This document shows, piece after piece, positions 50,455 through 59,613 of a DNA stretch of 64,000 bases. Below the pieces are notes generated by a model. The model was not told where the DNA came from and ran no database searches. It was given only the letters and a program-made list of their open reading frames with translations. Source of the DNA: an uncultured Alphaproteobacteria bacterium (GTDB lineage Bacteria; Pseudomonadota; Alphaproteobacteria; Rhizobiales; Rhodomicrobiaceae). Made by a program: the position numbers and the translations under genes. The DNA lies in assembly GCA_963773735.1 (NCBI GenBank), contig CAVZCK010000028.1, positions 1-64,000 of the forward strand, read 5' to 3'. Position 1 is the first letter of the stretch. Each line of letters starts with the position of its first letter.

Positions 50455-50545
50455 AACCTGCGCTTAAGCGGAATCGGTTAAACGCAGGCTGATCTATTCT
50501 ATATTGCTAGAGACGCTTAACCGCCTCCAATTGGACGCGGGTTGC
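50455..50545. repeat. Copy A of a roughly 95-nt intergenic repeat element (shared blocks CGGAATCGRTYAAACGCA, TGATCTATTCTATA, TAGAG, hairpin ...TCCAA..TGGACGCSGG)
   Basis: The blocks are collinear with and highly similar to 58335-58435. Confidence 0.55.
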
Positions 50546-50591
50546 TCAGGCGCCGACTCCCGGCCCGCAGACATCAAGGGGCGAACACGAC

Positions 50592-51449
50592 ATGGAAAAC
50601 GTCTTCTCCTGGATCTGGATCATCTTCCTGATTTTTGCCCTGCAGCCGCTCGTGACCGAGCGCATCCGGGCCATGCAGCGCGCCAATGCCATCCGCGCGA
50701 TCGAGCGGTCACAAGGCTCGCGGGTCATTACCATGATCCACCGCCAGGAACGGCGCAGCCTGCTCGGCTTCCCGGTCTCGCGCTACATTAATCTCGAAGA
50801 CGCGCAGACCATTATCGCTGCGATCAAGGAGACCCCAAAGGAACGGCCGATCGATTTCGTCATTCACACGCCCGGCGGGCTGGTGATCGCCGCGATGCAG
50901 ATCGCGCGTGCGCTCGACGCGCACCCGGCGCGGGTGCGGGTCATGGTGCCGGTCTATGCCATGTCCGGCGGCACGCTGATCGCACTCGCGGCCGATGAAA
51001 TCCTGATGGGCGAATTCTCGGTGCTCGGACCCATCGATCCGCAGCTTGCCGGCCTGCCGGCGGCGAGTATCGTGCGCGCCCGCGACAGCAAACCGGTGAG
51101 CGAGGTTCACGATCTGACGCTCGTTCTTGCCGATATGAGCGAAAAGGCGCTGGCGCAGGTCAAACGCGGGGCGATCGAGCTGACCAAAAAGCGGCTCGGC
51201 GAGGAGCGCGCGGCTGCGCTCGCCGAAAAGCTCGCCGGCGGCCACTGGACCCATGACTATGCGCTGACCTGCGAGGAGGCCGCCTCTCTCGGCCTTCCGG
51301 TGAAGATCGGCTTGCCGCAAGACGTGTTGAGGCTGATGACGCTTTACCCGCAGCCGGTTCAGTCCTCCGGCATCGAGTTTCTCCCCATCGAACCGGGAAA
51401 CGGACGCGGGCGTCCGCAATCCATTCCGTTGCCGGGAACGGCGCGGTAG
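50592..51449 (+). CDS. S49-like serine protease of the SDH (serine dehydrogenase proteinase) family
   Basis: N-terminal TM segment and a ClpP/S49-fold core (VIHTPGGLVIAAMQIARAL...VYAMSGGTLIALAADEILMG). Confidence 0.6.
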   Translation: MENVFSWIWIIFLIFALQPLVTERIRAMQRANAIRAIERSQGSRVITMIHRQERRSLLGFPVSRYINLEDAQTIIAAIKETPKERPIDFVIHTPGGLVIAAMQIARALDAHPARVRVMVPVYAMSGGTLIALAADEILMGEFSVLGPIDPQLAGLPAASIVRARDSKPVSEVHDLTLVLADMSEKALAQVKRGAIELTKKRLGEERAAALAEKLAGGHWTHDYALTCEEAASLGLPVKIGLPQDVLRLMTLYPQPVQSSGIEFLPIEPGNGRGRPQSIPLPGTAR

Positions 51450-51483
51450 CCGCACGCGGCCGGGACCGGAACGGACTTTTACG

Positions 51484-52035
51484 GTGAAGCTGGCTCCGCC
51501 GCGCCTGAGTGACCTTATGAGTGCATTCCTTTATTTCGCTTACGGATCGAACCTGCTGACCACGCGCCTGCGCGAGCGCTGCCCGAGCGCCGCGCCTATC
51601 GGCCGTGCCGTTGCGCCCGGCCACTCGGTCTGCTTCAGAAAAGCGGGGCGCGACGGATCGGGCAAAGCGACATTGACGCTCGGCGGCGGCGCCGGTTTCG
51701 AGGCGATGGGCGTGCTCTACAGGATCGACCTCGGCGAGCGGCCGGCTCTCGACCGCGCCGAGGCGCGCTACGACCGGCTGGACGATTTCCCGGTGCGCAC
51801 CGTCCAAAGCGGCGCCAGCATCGCCGCAACCACCTATATCGCCCAGGCTGACGCCTGCCGGGAGGGCCTCCTGCCCCTCGACTGGTATCTTGCGCTAATT
51901 GTGGCCGGTGCGCGCGAACACGGCTTCAATGACAGCTATATCGCCATGCTCGCCGCCGTCGAAACGCTCGCCGACCTTGAGGCCGAGCGCGCCGGCCGGA
52001 TGTCGGCCCTGGCCCGGCTCCGGCGATTGATTTGA
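51484..52035 (+). CDS. Gamma-glutamylcyclotransferase-like (AIG2/GGCT family) protein
   Basis: LYFAYGSNLLTTRLRERCP is the YGSNL signature. Alternative start at 51517. Confidence 0.6.
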   Translation: MKLAPPRLSDLMSAFLYFAYGSNLLTTRLRERCPSAAPIGRAVAPGHSVCFRKAGRDGSGKATLTLGGGAGFEAMGVLYRIDLGERPALDRAEARYDRLDDFPVRTVQSGASIAATTYIAQADACREGLLPLDWYLALIVAGAREHGFNDSYIAMLAAVETLADLEAERAGRMSALARLRRLI

Positions 52036-52390
52036 GTCGTGCCCGTTTCATCACAGGCAGGGGTTTCCTGCGGGCGCTTCCTGAGCGCCGAACGAGCGCC
52101 GCAATGCCCCATATTTTTGCCTATTTGATTACCGTGAAAGACCTCATCCGTAGTTATCGTTAGTGTTGGCGCTTAAGACAATTCTCGCAAGAATATTCCA
52201 TAACGCACGGGAATCCCTAACTCATTGCCGGATCGCGCCACAATTCGCGCATAATCGGCCGCCAATATCCGTCCACGTCGTTGAGGGCAATTCGACACAC
52301 GTTCGACCGGGGGGCAGTGGAAAGGTCCGGGCTGGGGGAGTTGGCCCGGGCCTTTTTCCGGAACAGCGGACTTCATCTCATATCTGACGA

Positions 52391-52879
52391 TCAGGAGTGC
52401 TCGCCGGGCTTGATGCTGGCGTCGGGCAAGCCATTGACAGCAAGGCTCGCATTGGCATAGCGACCGTCGTCGGTGATCTCCTCACCGAGCCAATCGGGTC
52501 GCTCGAATTCCTGGTCCTTCTCATCGAGTTCGATCTCGGCAATGACCAGTCCTGCGAGCGCTCCGCTGAACACATCGATCTCCCAGCGTAGCCCGCCCAC
52601 GATAAGAAGGTAGCGTTGCTTTTCGATCACCGCGCCGGTACGCATCGACATCAGCTCTTCGGCATCGGCGACCGGGATTGGATATTCGAACTCGGCGCGC
52701 TCGATCTCGGCTTTTCCGCTCTTGATGGTCAACGCCGCGGCCGCATCATTCGCGATGCGAACGCGAACGGACGCCGCCGGGGTCACCGCCAGATAGGCCT
52801 GACGGATCTTGCGCGACGCCTCGGCGCCGCGCCTCCAATCCGCGCCAGCCGTGAGAAACCGTCTTTCAATCTCGATAGC
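52391..52879 (-). CDS. CYTH-domain protein (triphosphate tunnel metalloenzyme)
   Basis: The N-terminal MAIEIERRFL EIE motif defines the CYTH fold. Confidence 0.65.
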   Translation of the reverse strand, partial: AIEIERRFLTAGADWRRGAEASRKIRQAYLAVTPAASVRVRIANDAAAALTIKSGKAEIERAEFEYPIPVADAEELMSMRTGAVIEKQRYLLIVGGLRWEIDVFSGALAGLVIAEIELDEKDQEFERPDWLGEEITDDGRYANASLAVNGLPDASIKPGEHS

Positions 52880-53146
52880 CATGAGCTGCGTGCGACAAAT
52901 CTCATCCACCGCTGTTCGGTGCCGGCCCAACTTAGGTCGTTTGTCGCAATTGCGTAAGGGGACTTTTCGGTTCCTGCGTCGTTCGACCGGGCGTATCCCG
53001 GCAAGCCGTAAGCCTTGACCCGCCGCGAGAATCAAGTCGCGGAAACCGGGAGCGGAGTGCGTCCGATGCGCCAATAAGCGGCACTTGAAATGCCGGCGGT
53101 TTGCTGTTCATTGTGCCGTCAATGGTCCAATTACGCCCGGAATCCG

Positions 53147-54395
53147 ATGACAACGACACTTTCACGCCCGAAACAGAAGATCAAAGTCTTGCTCCTTGAG
53201 GGCATTGCCGAGACCGCCGTCGCCGCGCTCGAAGGCGCCGGCTATACGAGCGTCGAACTTCGCACCAAGGCGCTGAAGGGCGAGGAGCTTCGGAACGCCC
53301 TGCGGGGTGTTTCCATGCTCGGCATCCGCTCGCGCACGCAGCTTACCGCGGAGGCGCTCGACGGGCAGCGCTCGGTCATCGCGGTCGGCTGCTTTTCCGT
53401 CGGCACCAACCAGGTCGATCTGCGGACCGCGCGCGACATGGGCATTCCGGTGTTCAATGCGCCGTTTTCGAATACGCGCAGCGTCGCCGAGCTGACCATC
53501 GCCGAAATCGTGATGCTGTTCCGGCATATTTTCCCGAAATCGGTCGGCGCCCATGCGGGCGACTGGCTGAAATCGGCGGCCGGCGCCCACGAGGTGCGCG
53601 GCAAGAACTCTCGGCATCATCGGCTATGGCAATATCGGCAGCCAGCTTGCCGAGCTTGCCGAAGCGATGGGAATGCGCGTCATCTTCTTCGATCCGACCG
53701 ACAAGCTGAACCGGGGCAATGTGCAGCCCTGCGAAACGCTGGGCGAGTTGCTCGCTGCGAGCGATGTGGTCAGCATCCATGTGCCGGAGACGGACGAGAC
53801 CAAAGGCATGATCGGAGCCGTCGAATTCAAGGCCATGAAGCGCGGCGCCTTCTTCATCAACAATGCGCGCGGCACGGTTTTTGACGACGAGGCGCTCGCG
53901 GAGGCGCTGAGGACCCGCCATCTCGCCGGTGCGGCGGTCGACGTGTTTCCCGTCGAGCCTACGGCGAACGGCGAGAAATTCGTCTCGCCAATTCAAGGCT
54001 TCGACAACGTCATCTTGACGCCGCATATCGGCGGCTCGACCGAGGAAGCCCAGCAGCGCATCGGCGCGGAGGTGGCGCGCAAGCTGATCGAATATTCGGA
54101 TGTCGGCTCGACATATGGCGCCGTGAACCTCCCGCAGGTGCAATTGCCGCAGCGCCCGACCGGCACGCGGTTCATTCAGGTGCATAAGAACCTGCCGGGT
54201 GAGATCAATCGGCTGAACGCGATTTTCGCCCGCCGTGAAATCAATATCGCCGCGCAATTTTTCCAGACGGACGGCCAGATCGGCTATGTGGTGCTCGATG
54301 CCGACGGGCAGGTCGAGGATGCGCGCGGCGTGCTGCAGGAAATCCGCGCCCTGCCCGGAACGGTCCGCGCCAGGATGCTCTATAGCCGCGGTTGA
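53147..54395 (+). CDS. serA: D-3-phosphoglycerate dehydrogenase with C-terminal ACT domain; 1-bp insertion in an AA run near 53605
   Basis: The N-domain runs to ...AHEVRGK. The frame then switches to TLGIIGYGNIGSQLAELAEAMGMRVIFFDP (NAD-binding GxGxxG) and continues through an ACT domain (...IGYVVLDADGQ...). Confidence 0.7.
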
Positions 54396-54494
54396 CGCCG
54401 CCTAGCGTGGACCGAAGTGCGAAGCGGTTTTCGGACAATCCGATGCCAAACAGCTAGAGCTGCGCTTCCGATTGCGAAATCGGGCTCTAGCGAC

Positions 54495-55577
54495 CTATCG
54501 GGCCGCCGCCCTCACCGGTGCTTTTGCCGGCTGCGCGTCGCCGCCGCTGAGCATCAAGGCACGCACGAGCGTCGCCGGGTCATTATCGAGTGCGATCCGC
54601 GGCAAGGCGAGCAATTCGCGGGCGTGTTCCGGCCACAAGGCGCCCTCGATCGATGTGACGCCGGTTTCCAGATCCAGCTCACGGGCAATCCCGATGTCGC
54701 GTGCCACGACCACCGCTTGTTCTCCGGGAAAAGCCAGATGGCGCGGGCGAAGTCCGGTCGCGGCCTCCAGCGCATGGATCGAGTCCTCGACAGACTGGCG
54801 CGCGCGGTCGAAGCTCAGCTCGCCGAGCGGCTGAGCCCCGCCGCCCAGCGTTCCGATCGTCACCAGCGAATCCTGGGCGAGGCGTTTCAGCTCATCGGGC
54901 GAGAGCATTTCGCGCTGCGCGATCCGGGCCATGCTGACCGCATGCTTTTTGAGAACGCCTTCGAGGAGATCGGCCCGTGCCCCGCGATCCAGCAATGCAA
55001 GACGCCGGAACAGCCGGGCATAGACCTGCTGCTTCTCGCCGGCCGAGCGGCAGCGGCAATCCACGATCTCCGCGCCGATCTGCAGCGAGACGCGGTCGCA
55101 ATCCTGGATCAGCCCCTCGAGCGCGAGCCACCAGGGAATGCGCTCATTGCCCAGATAATCGGCGCCGGCATACACGGCGAACGGCATTCCGCGCTCCTTG
55201 AAGAAAGGAAACACGACGTCGCGGACAGCCCGGTAGGCTCCATCGAAAGTGAAGCAGACGAAGCGGCGGTCAAGATCGCGTTCGACGAGGCGGCGGCGCA
55301 TCTCCGCCAGCGACACGACATCCAGCGATTGCGCGGTGACGAGTGCGATCATTTCCTGAAGCAGCAGCGGATCGGTTTCCGCGATCACACCGCGCGAGGT
55401 GAGAGTGTCCTCAAGCGCCCTGACGCGCCGGATCATGAAGATCGCGCCGCAGCCCATCGCAAATCTCGGCAGCACGCTCGACTTTTCGTTGAAATAATGC
55501 GCGCGCAAATAGGCGTCGAAAGGCCCTCTCGGCAATTCGCGGATCACGGCTAGCCCCCAAGATGCCGCCGTAACCAC
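54495..55577 (-). CDS. Polysaccharide deacetylase (NodB homology domain) family protein
   Basis: FVCFTFDGAYRAV carries the TFDDG-like motif. The ORF is 360 aa and its N-terminal start is uncertain. Confidence 0.65.
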   Translation of the reverse strand: MVTAASWGLAVIRELPRGPFDAYLRAHYFNEKSSVLPRFAMGCGAIFMIRRVRALEDTLTSRGVIAETDPLLLQEMIALVTAQSLDVVSLAEMRRRLVERDLDRRFVCFTFDGAYRAVRDVVFPFFKERGMPFAVYAGADYLGNERIPWWLALEGLIQDCDRVSLQIGAEIVDCRCRSAGEKQQVYARLFRRLALLDRGARADLLEGVLKKHAVSMARIAQREMLSPDELKRLAQDSLVTIGTLGGGAQPLGELSFDRARQSVEDSIHALEAATGLRPRHLAFPGEQAVVVARDIGIARELDLETGVTSIEGALWPEHARELLALPRIALDNDPATLVRALMLSGGDAQPAKAPVRAAAR

Positions 55578-55806
55578 AAGATCGCGGCCCGGCAGTCAAT
55601 GTGCCCGGAAGCAGGCTGGCACGATTCGCCGGGACGCCAAAGGGCTTGCACCGTGAGCGCCCGTCGTCGCGCGGAGCGCATGCTGCAGGAATTTTACGTC
55701 AAGCTCAGCGGGGAACGCAGCCGGCATCAGCCGGACTTTGGCCGGTTCGGGCAAACGCCAGAGGGAACGGCGAACCGTTCCCTCTCATCGAGCGAGCCAT
55801 GCTGGC

Positions 55807-56169
55807 TCAGCAGTAGCGGCGCCAATGATATCGGCAGTAACGCGGTCCATGATAGGCGCGGCAATTCCAATAGCAGGAATGGGAATCACCGTAGTCGTAG
55901 TAGTAGCCGCCATCGTAATATGGGGCAAAAAGGAATGGCGCTATCCAAAAGTCGTGACCGCGGTGAAAGTGTCTTCGCCGAGAATACCGCGAATACCCAC
56001 GCCGTCTCTCGCGAACGAGAACGACGCCATTGTCGGCCGTCTTTACAACCGGCTGAAGATTTGGCGGAACGGAACTGTCTGCAGGTGCCGAGGAGACACC
56101 TGCCGCGCCGCACACCGTCAGAATAGCGCCAGCTGCCAGCACCGCCAGTTTATGCTTGATGCCGTTCAT
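55807..56169 (-). CDS. Small secreted Tyr/Cys/His/Arg-rich hypothetical protein
   Basis: Signal peptide MNGIKHKLAVLAAGAILTVCGAAG and a C-terminus YYDGGYYYDYGDSHSCYWNCRAYHGPRYCRYHWRRYC. Confidence 0.35.
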   Translation of the reverse strand: MNGIKHKLAVLAAGAILTVCGAAGVSSAPADSSVPPNLQPVVKTADNGVVLVRERRRGYSRYSRRRHFHRGHDFWIAPFLFAPYYDGGYYYDYGDSHSCYWNCRAYHGPRYCRYHWRRYC

Positions 56170-56841
56170 TTCCAATCCTCTCACTTTTCTCCCTGGATGG
56201 GGTCTCGTTGGAGACCTTCACCAAGGAACACGCATGGGCGTGTCTGGCTCCATGACCGGAGCCGCCGATTTTGTATCAAAATGTGACAAAGCCGGTTTCA
56301 AATAAGCTTCATGCATTCGGCGCGCGCCAGCGATGAAGGCTGCCGGCGGGGCGCGTTGGCGATGAGCTTATACGCGGAGAGAATAAGTATTTTCATGGGG
56401 AGCGAGCCAAATCCTGCTACTTCGGCTTGCAAAGATCAGGTGCTTGATGTAGCAAATTTGTTGTTGCAGTGCATCAAACCGGCTGCATTCTGCACATAAC
56501 ACGTGAAATATCAGCTGTCGGGCCGCTTAGGCCAGGAGGAGCGGGTGTTACGCGTGTCCAAGATGAAACCTCGCTTCTTTCTTATTACAAATGTTATAAT
56601 TGATTATGGAACGGTTATCGGTTTCAAATTATTGAAGAATCATTTGAACGCCCGCGATTTTCCTTTATATTTGTGACCAGAAACCACGCCGTAGTGCGTG
56701 TGGCTGGCTGAGTTCTATTCCGGCGAACGGTGAAGTCGGCATTTAACTCTTCGCGCGGCGATAGGTCGTTCCAAAAGCGATCGAAATATGCTCCGCCTCG
56801 GCAGCCGAGGAAACATCCCGGTTTACGGATAACGGAAATTT

Positions 56842-57627
56842 TTGAACATGAACCAGCATCTGACGAACCGTCAGGCGAGTTCGCCTCTTCTTCATCCGGC
56901 AGTCGCCGAAGACGGAACGAGTGCGATCTCACGACGCCATCTGCATGACGAGCTTCTCATCCGGCTGCGCGACTGCATCATCGACGGAGAACTCGTACCC
57001 GGCGCAAAGATTCCGGAGAAAGAGCTTTGCGAGCGCTTCAGGGTGTCGCGCACGCCGCTTCGCGAGGCTTTGAAGGTCCTCGCCTTTGAAGGGCTCGTGA
57101 TCCTCAATCACAATCGCGGCGCCATCGTTAAGCCGCTGACCTTCGAGGACCTCAGTTACGCCTTCCCCGTCTACACGCAACTTGAAACGCTTGCCGGCGA
57201 ATTAGCCTGCGAGCGGATGAGCGCCAAAGAGATCGACGAAATCAAACGGCTGCACGAACGCATGGTCGCTGCCTGCAAGCAGAAGGATGCGAAAGGCCAG
57301 CTCGCCATCAACGAGCAGATTCACGAGCGCATCCATCTCGGCTCGCAAAACCGAAACCTGATCCAGCTGCTCCGCCACCTGTCGAGCCGAATCCGCCGCG
57401 CCCGCATGGCCGTCATCATTCCGGTTGCACGGCTGCATGACGCCATTGCCGAACATGAGCGCATCATGGCGGCGCTTGAGCGCCGGGACGCGCCGCTGCT
57501 GTCGCGTGCAATCCGTGACCACCTCGAGAACACCTTCCGCGCCATGAAGGCGGCTTTCGCGGCTCAGGAGACCTTGCCCGCGCGGAGAGCCGGAAAGCGC
57601 GACCTCGGCACCTCCGAGGCGGCCTGA
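56842..57627 (+). CDS. GntR family transcriptional regulator (FadR/FCD subfamily)
   Basis: wHTH ...KIPEKELCERFRVSRTPLREALKVLAFEGLV plus an FCD effector domain. Confidence 0.85.
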   Translation: MNMNQHLTNRQASSPLLHPAVAEDGTSAISRRHLHDELLIRLRDCIIDGELVPGAKIPEKELCERFRVSRTPLREALKVLAFEGLVILNHNRGAIVKPLTFEDLSYAFPVYTQLETLAGELACERMSAKEIDEIKRLHERMVAACKQKDAKGQLAINEQIHERIHLGSQNRNLIQLLRHLSSRIRRARMAVIIPVARLHDAIAEHERIMAALERRDAPLLSRAIRDHLENTFRAMKAAFAAQETLPARRAGKRDLGTSEAA

Positions 57628-57690
57628 TCCCTTTTCCGCGCCAGCCGCGCTTGATATGCTTGTGTCCGCCTTGCTCTACCGGAGAAGAAG

Positions 57691-58269
57691 GTGGGGCGGC
57701 ATAGAGCGGGTTTGTCGAATGGCCCTCACATGCAGCCCGTCCCTCTCCGGCAAGCGCGGGCGCACATGAACGGAACCTCGGACGAGGCAGCCAGCACCGC
57801 GGCCGCGACGCTGATCGGACTTGGCCTCCTCAATCGAATGGGCAAGCTTGGCGTCAGACGACGCTCCCGCCACAGGGACCATGAGCCCCGTGCCGCCGCG
57901 CCGCGTCCTAGGATCACGATCGTGAGTTCGCTTCTCAACGCCGTCGTCTATGCCGTTTTGCTGATCGCCTATCTCGTCGTCGAGGTTCTCGCGGCGATGC
58001 TTGCCTATATGTATCTGAACCTCCATCACATCGAGACCTTCGGCCGCCTGATCGGGATCTGCCGTGAGCTGCTCAATCTATTTGCCGATCAGCTTGAGAA
58101 ATTTTCGCCCACGCTCGCCAACCAAGCCTATGCGACGATCCTCGGCGAGCTTGGCGCGAAGTCCGTGTTGCTGCTGTTCATCGGACTGGCCGTGAGCACG
58201 CTGGTTCGCTTCGTGATCTGGTTCTTTCACAAGGGCGTGGAGACCGTTCGCACCAAACCGGCGCCATGA
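57691..58269 (+). CDS. Hypothetical membrane protein; start uncertain
   Basis: Two or three TM helices (LLNAVVYAVLLIAYLVVEVLAAMLAYMYL and LLLFIGLAVSTLVRFVIWFF). No domain recognised. Confidence 0.35.
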   Translation: MGRHRAGLSNGPHMQPVPLRQARAHMNGTSDEAASTAAATLIGLGLLNRMGKLGVRRRSRHRDHEPRAAAPRPRITIVSSLLNAVVYAVLLIAYLVVEVLAAMLAYMYLNLHHIETFGRLIGICRELLNLFADQLEKFSPTLANQAYATILGELGAKSVLLLFIGLAVSTLVRFVIWFFHKGVETVRTKPAP

Positions 58270-58334
58270 GCTGAGCCAGCCGATGCAAGAAAAGAGCCGC
58301 GGGGGGCCTGCGGCTCGCGTGGTCAGGAAGGGAC

Positions 58335-58435
58335 CACAGATCACACTGCGTCTAACCGGAATCGATCAAACGCAAAAAAAGTTGATCTATTCTATAGCGT
58401 TAGAGCAACTTGACCGCGTCCAAAATAATGGACGC
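58335..58435. repeat. Copy B of the roughly 95-nt intergenic repeat element
   Basis: Same collinear blocks as 50455-50545. It contains the hairpin GCGTCCA-aaataa-TGGACGC. Confidence 0.55.
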
Positions 58436-58443
58436 CGGGCGCT

Positions 58444-59310
58444 CTAGCCGGCCTCGCTTTGCTGAAGATTGGTGACGATCGACGCCAGCTCGCTGTTGTC
58501 GAGAGAGCCGTCGTGATTCGTGTCGGCTTTCTGAAAGAGCGCATCGAGCTGCGTACTGAGCGTTTGAAGGTCTTGATCGGAGAGCTGCACGCCTTTCGCG
58601 GCGGCTGCATCCTTTAGAGCGTCCTTCAATTCCGTCTCATCCAGCTTGCCGTCGTGATTTTTGTCGTATTTCTTCATGAACTTCTTCAGCTCTTCCGGTG
58701 ACACCTTTCCATCACCGTTTTTATCGAGGAGGCTCAAGAGCAACTGGTCAAGTCCAGACAAGCCGGACGACCCGCTGCTATTTCCGGCGCCCTGGCCACT
58801 TCCGGCGCCCTGGCCACTTCCGGCGCCTTCGCCCTGGCCACTTCCGGCGCCCTGACCACTTCCGGCGCCCTGACCACTTCCGGCGCCCTGGCCACCATTC
58901 GCGCCGCCGGCCTGATTGCCGCAATTGCTCCCCGGCGTTTGCTGACCTCCGCCTGGCTGTTGCGTCTGCGATGCCTGCTGCAGTGCCTCAAGCGCATTGG
59001 TGAGTTCGTTCGCATCGAGCTCCTTGGTCGTCTCGCCCGGCTTATTGATATTGAACATATCGATGAACTTCTGCGCCTCCTGCTTGGATATGTTCAGTGC
59101 CGCGGCCAATTCATCGGCGCTGAGCGTGCCGTTATGATTGGTATCGGCGCTATTGATGAGATCTTGGACCTGCTGAGCAACCGTTGGTCCTGCGTTGCTT
59201 TCCTTCTGCATGAAACTCTGCAGAATGTTCTCAAATTGAGCGATCATATCCGCTGAAGGCATTCCCAGCGCCAAGTTTCCGGCGCCTACCGCATCCAATG
59301 CACCAACCAT
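58444..59310 (-). CDS. EF-hand calcium-binding protein with a central (GSGQGA)n low-complexity repeat
   Basis: Several DxNxDGxLxxxEL loops (DTNHNGTLSADEL, DKNGDGKVSPEEL, DKNHDGKLDETEL, DTNHDGSLDNSEL). Start ATG is preceded by an AGGAGGG Shine-Dalgarno sequence. Confidence 0.75.
   Translation of the reverse strand: MVGALDAVGAGNLALGMPSADMIAQFENILQSFMQKESNAGPTVAQQVQDLINSADTNHNGTLSADELAAALNISKQEAQKFIDMFNINKPGETTKELDANELTNALEALQQASQTQQPGGGQQTPGSNCGNQAGGANGGQGAGSGQGAGSGQGAGSGQGEGAGSGQGAGSGQGAGNSSGSSGLSGLDQLLLSLLDKNGDGKVSPEELKKFMKKYDKNHDGKLDETELKDALKDAAAAKGVQLSDQDLQTLSTQLDALFQKADTNHDGSLDNSELASIVTNLQQSEAG
58784..58897. repeat. Tandem 18-bp repeat (CCGGCGCCCTGGCCACTT, six units, one with a 6-bp insertion) inside the EF-hand gene
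   Basis: Directly visible periodicity. It encodes (GSGQGA)n on the minus strand. Confidence 0.9.
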
Positions 59311-59613
59311 GACCTTACCCTCCTGCCTAGCGCTCAAATCTCGGATAGTTTTCCGATAATTTATCACCATTTTACCGATTTTAGCGCAAACGATCAAGAA
59401 ACAAAATGCGTTCCGTTGTTGTCCGAGGCGGTGTGGGAGTATATACAGATATTTGTCAAATTACGGATCGACGATGTCGATGCGATTTTTGTTTCATATG
59501 AACCGATTAGCTTGACATTCTTATGGTATCTATTCGTCTGGTCATTCGCCCAGACGAATACGGCGCCAGTCCGTCAATAAACACCTGTTCGCGGTCTCGT
59601 GCGGGAATGACGC

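Noticed and set aside
48403-50481. + strand ORFs 48403..49323 and 49390..50481 over the dynamin-like gene
   Set aside because: Antisense shadows with no motifs.
58784-58897. 18-bp tandem repeat considered as a possible CRISPR array
   Set aside because: The units are directly adjacent with no spacers. The array lies inside, and in frame with, an EF-hand gene, where it encodes GSGQGA repeats.
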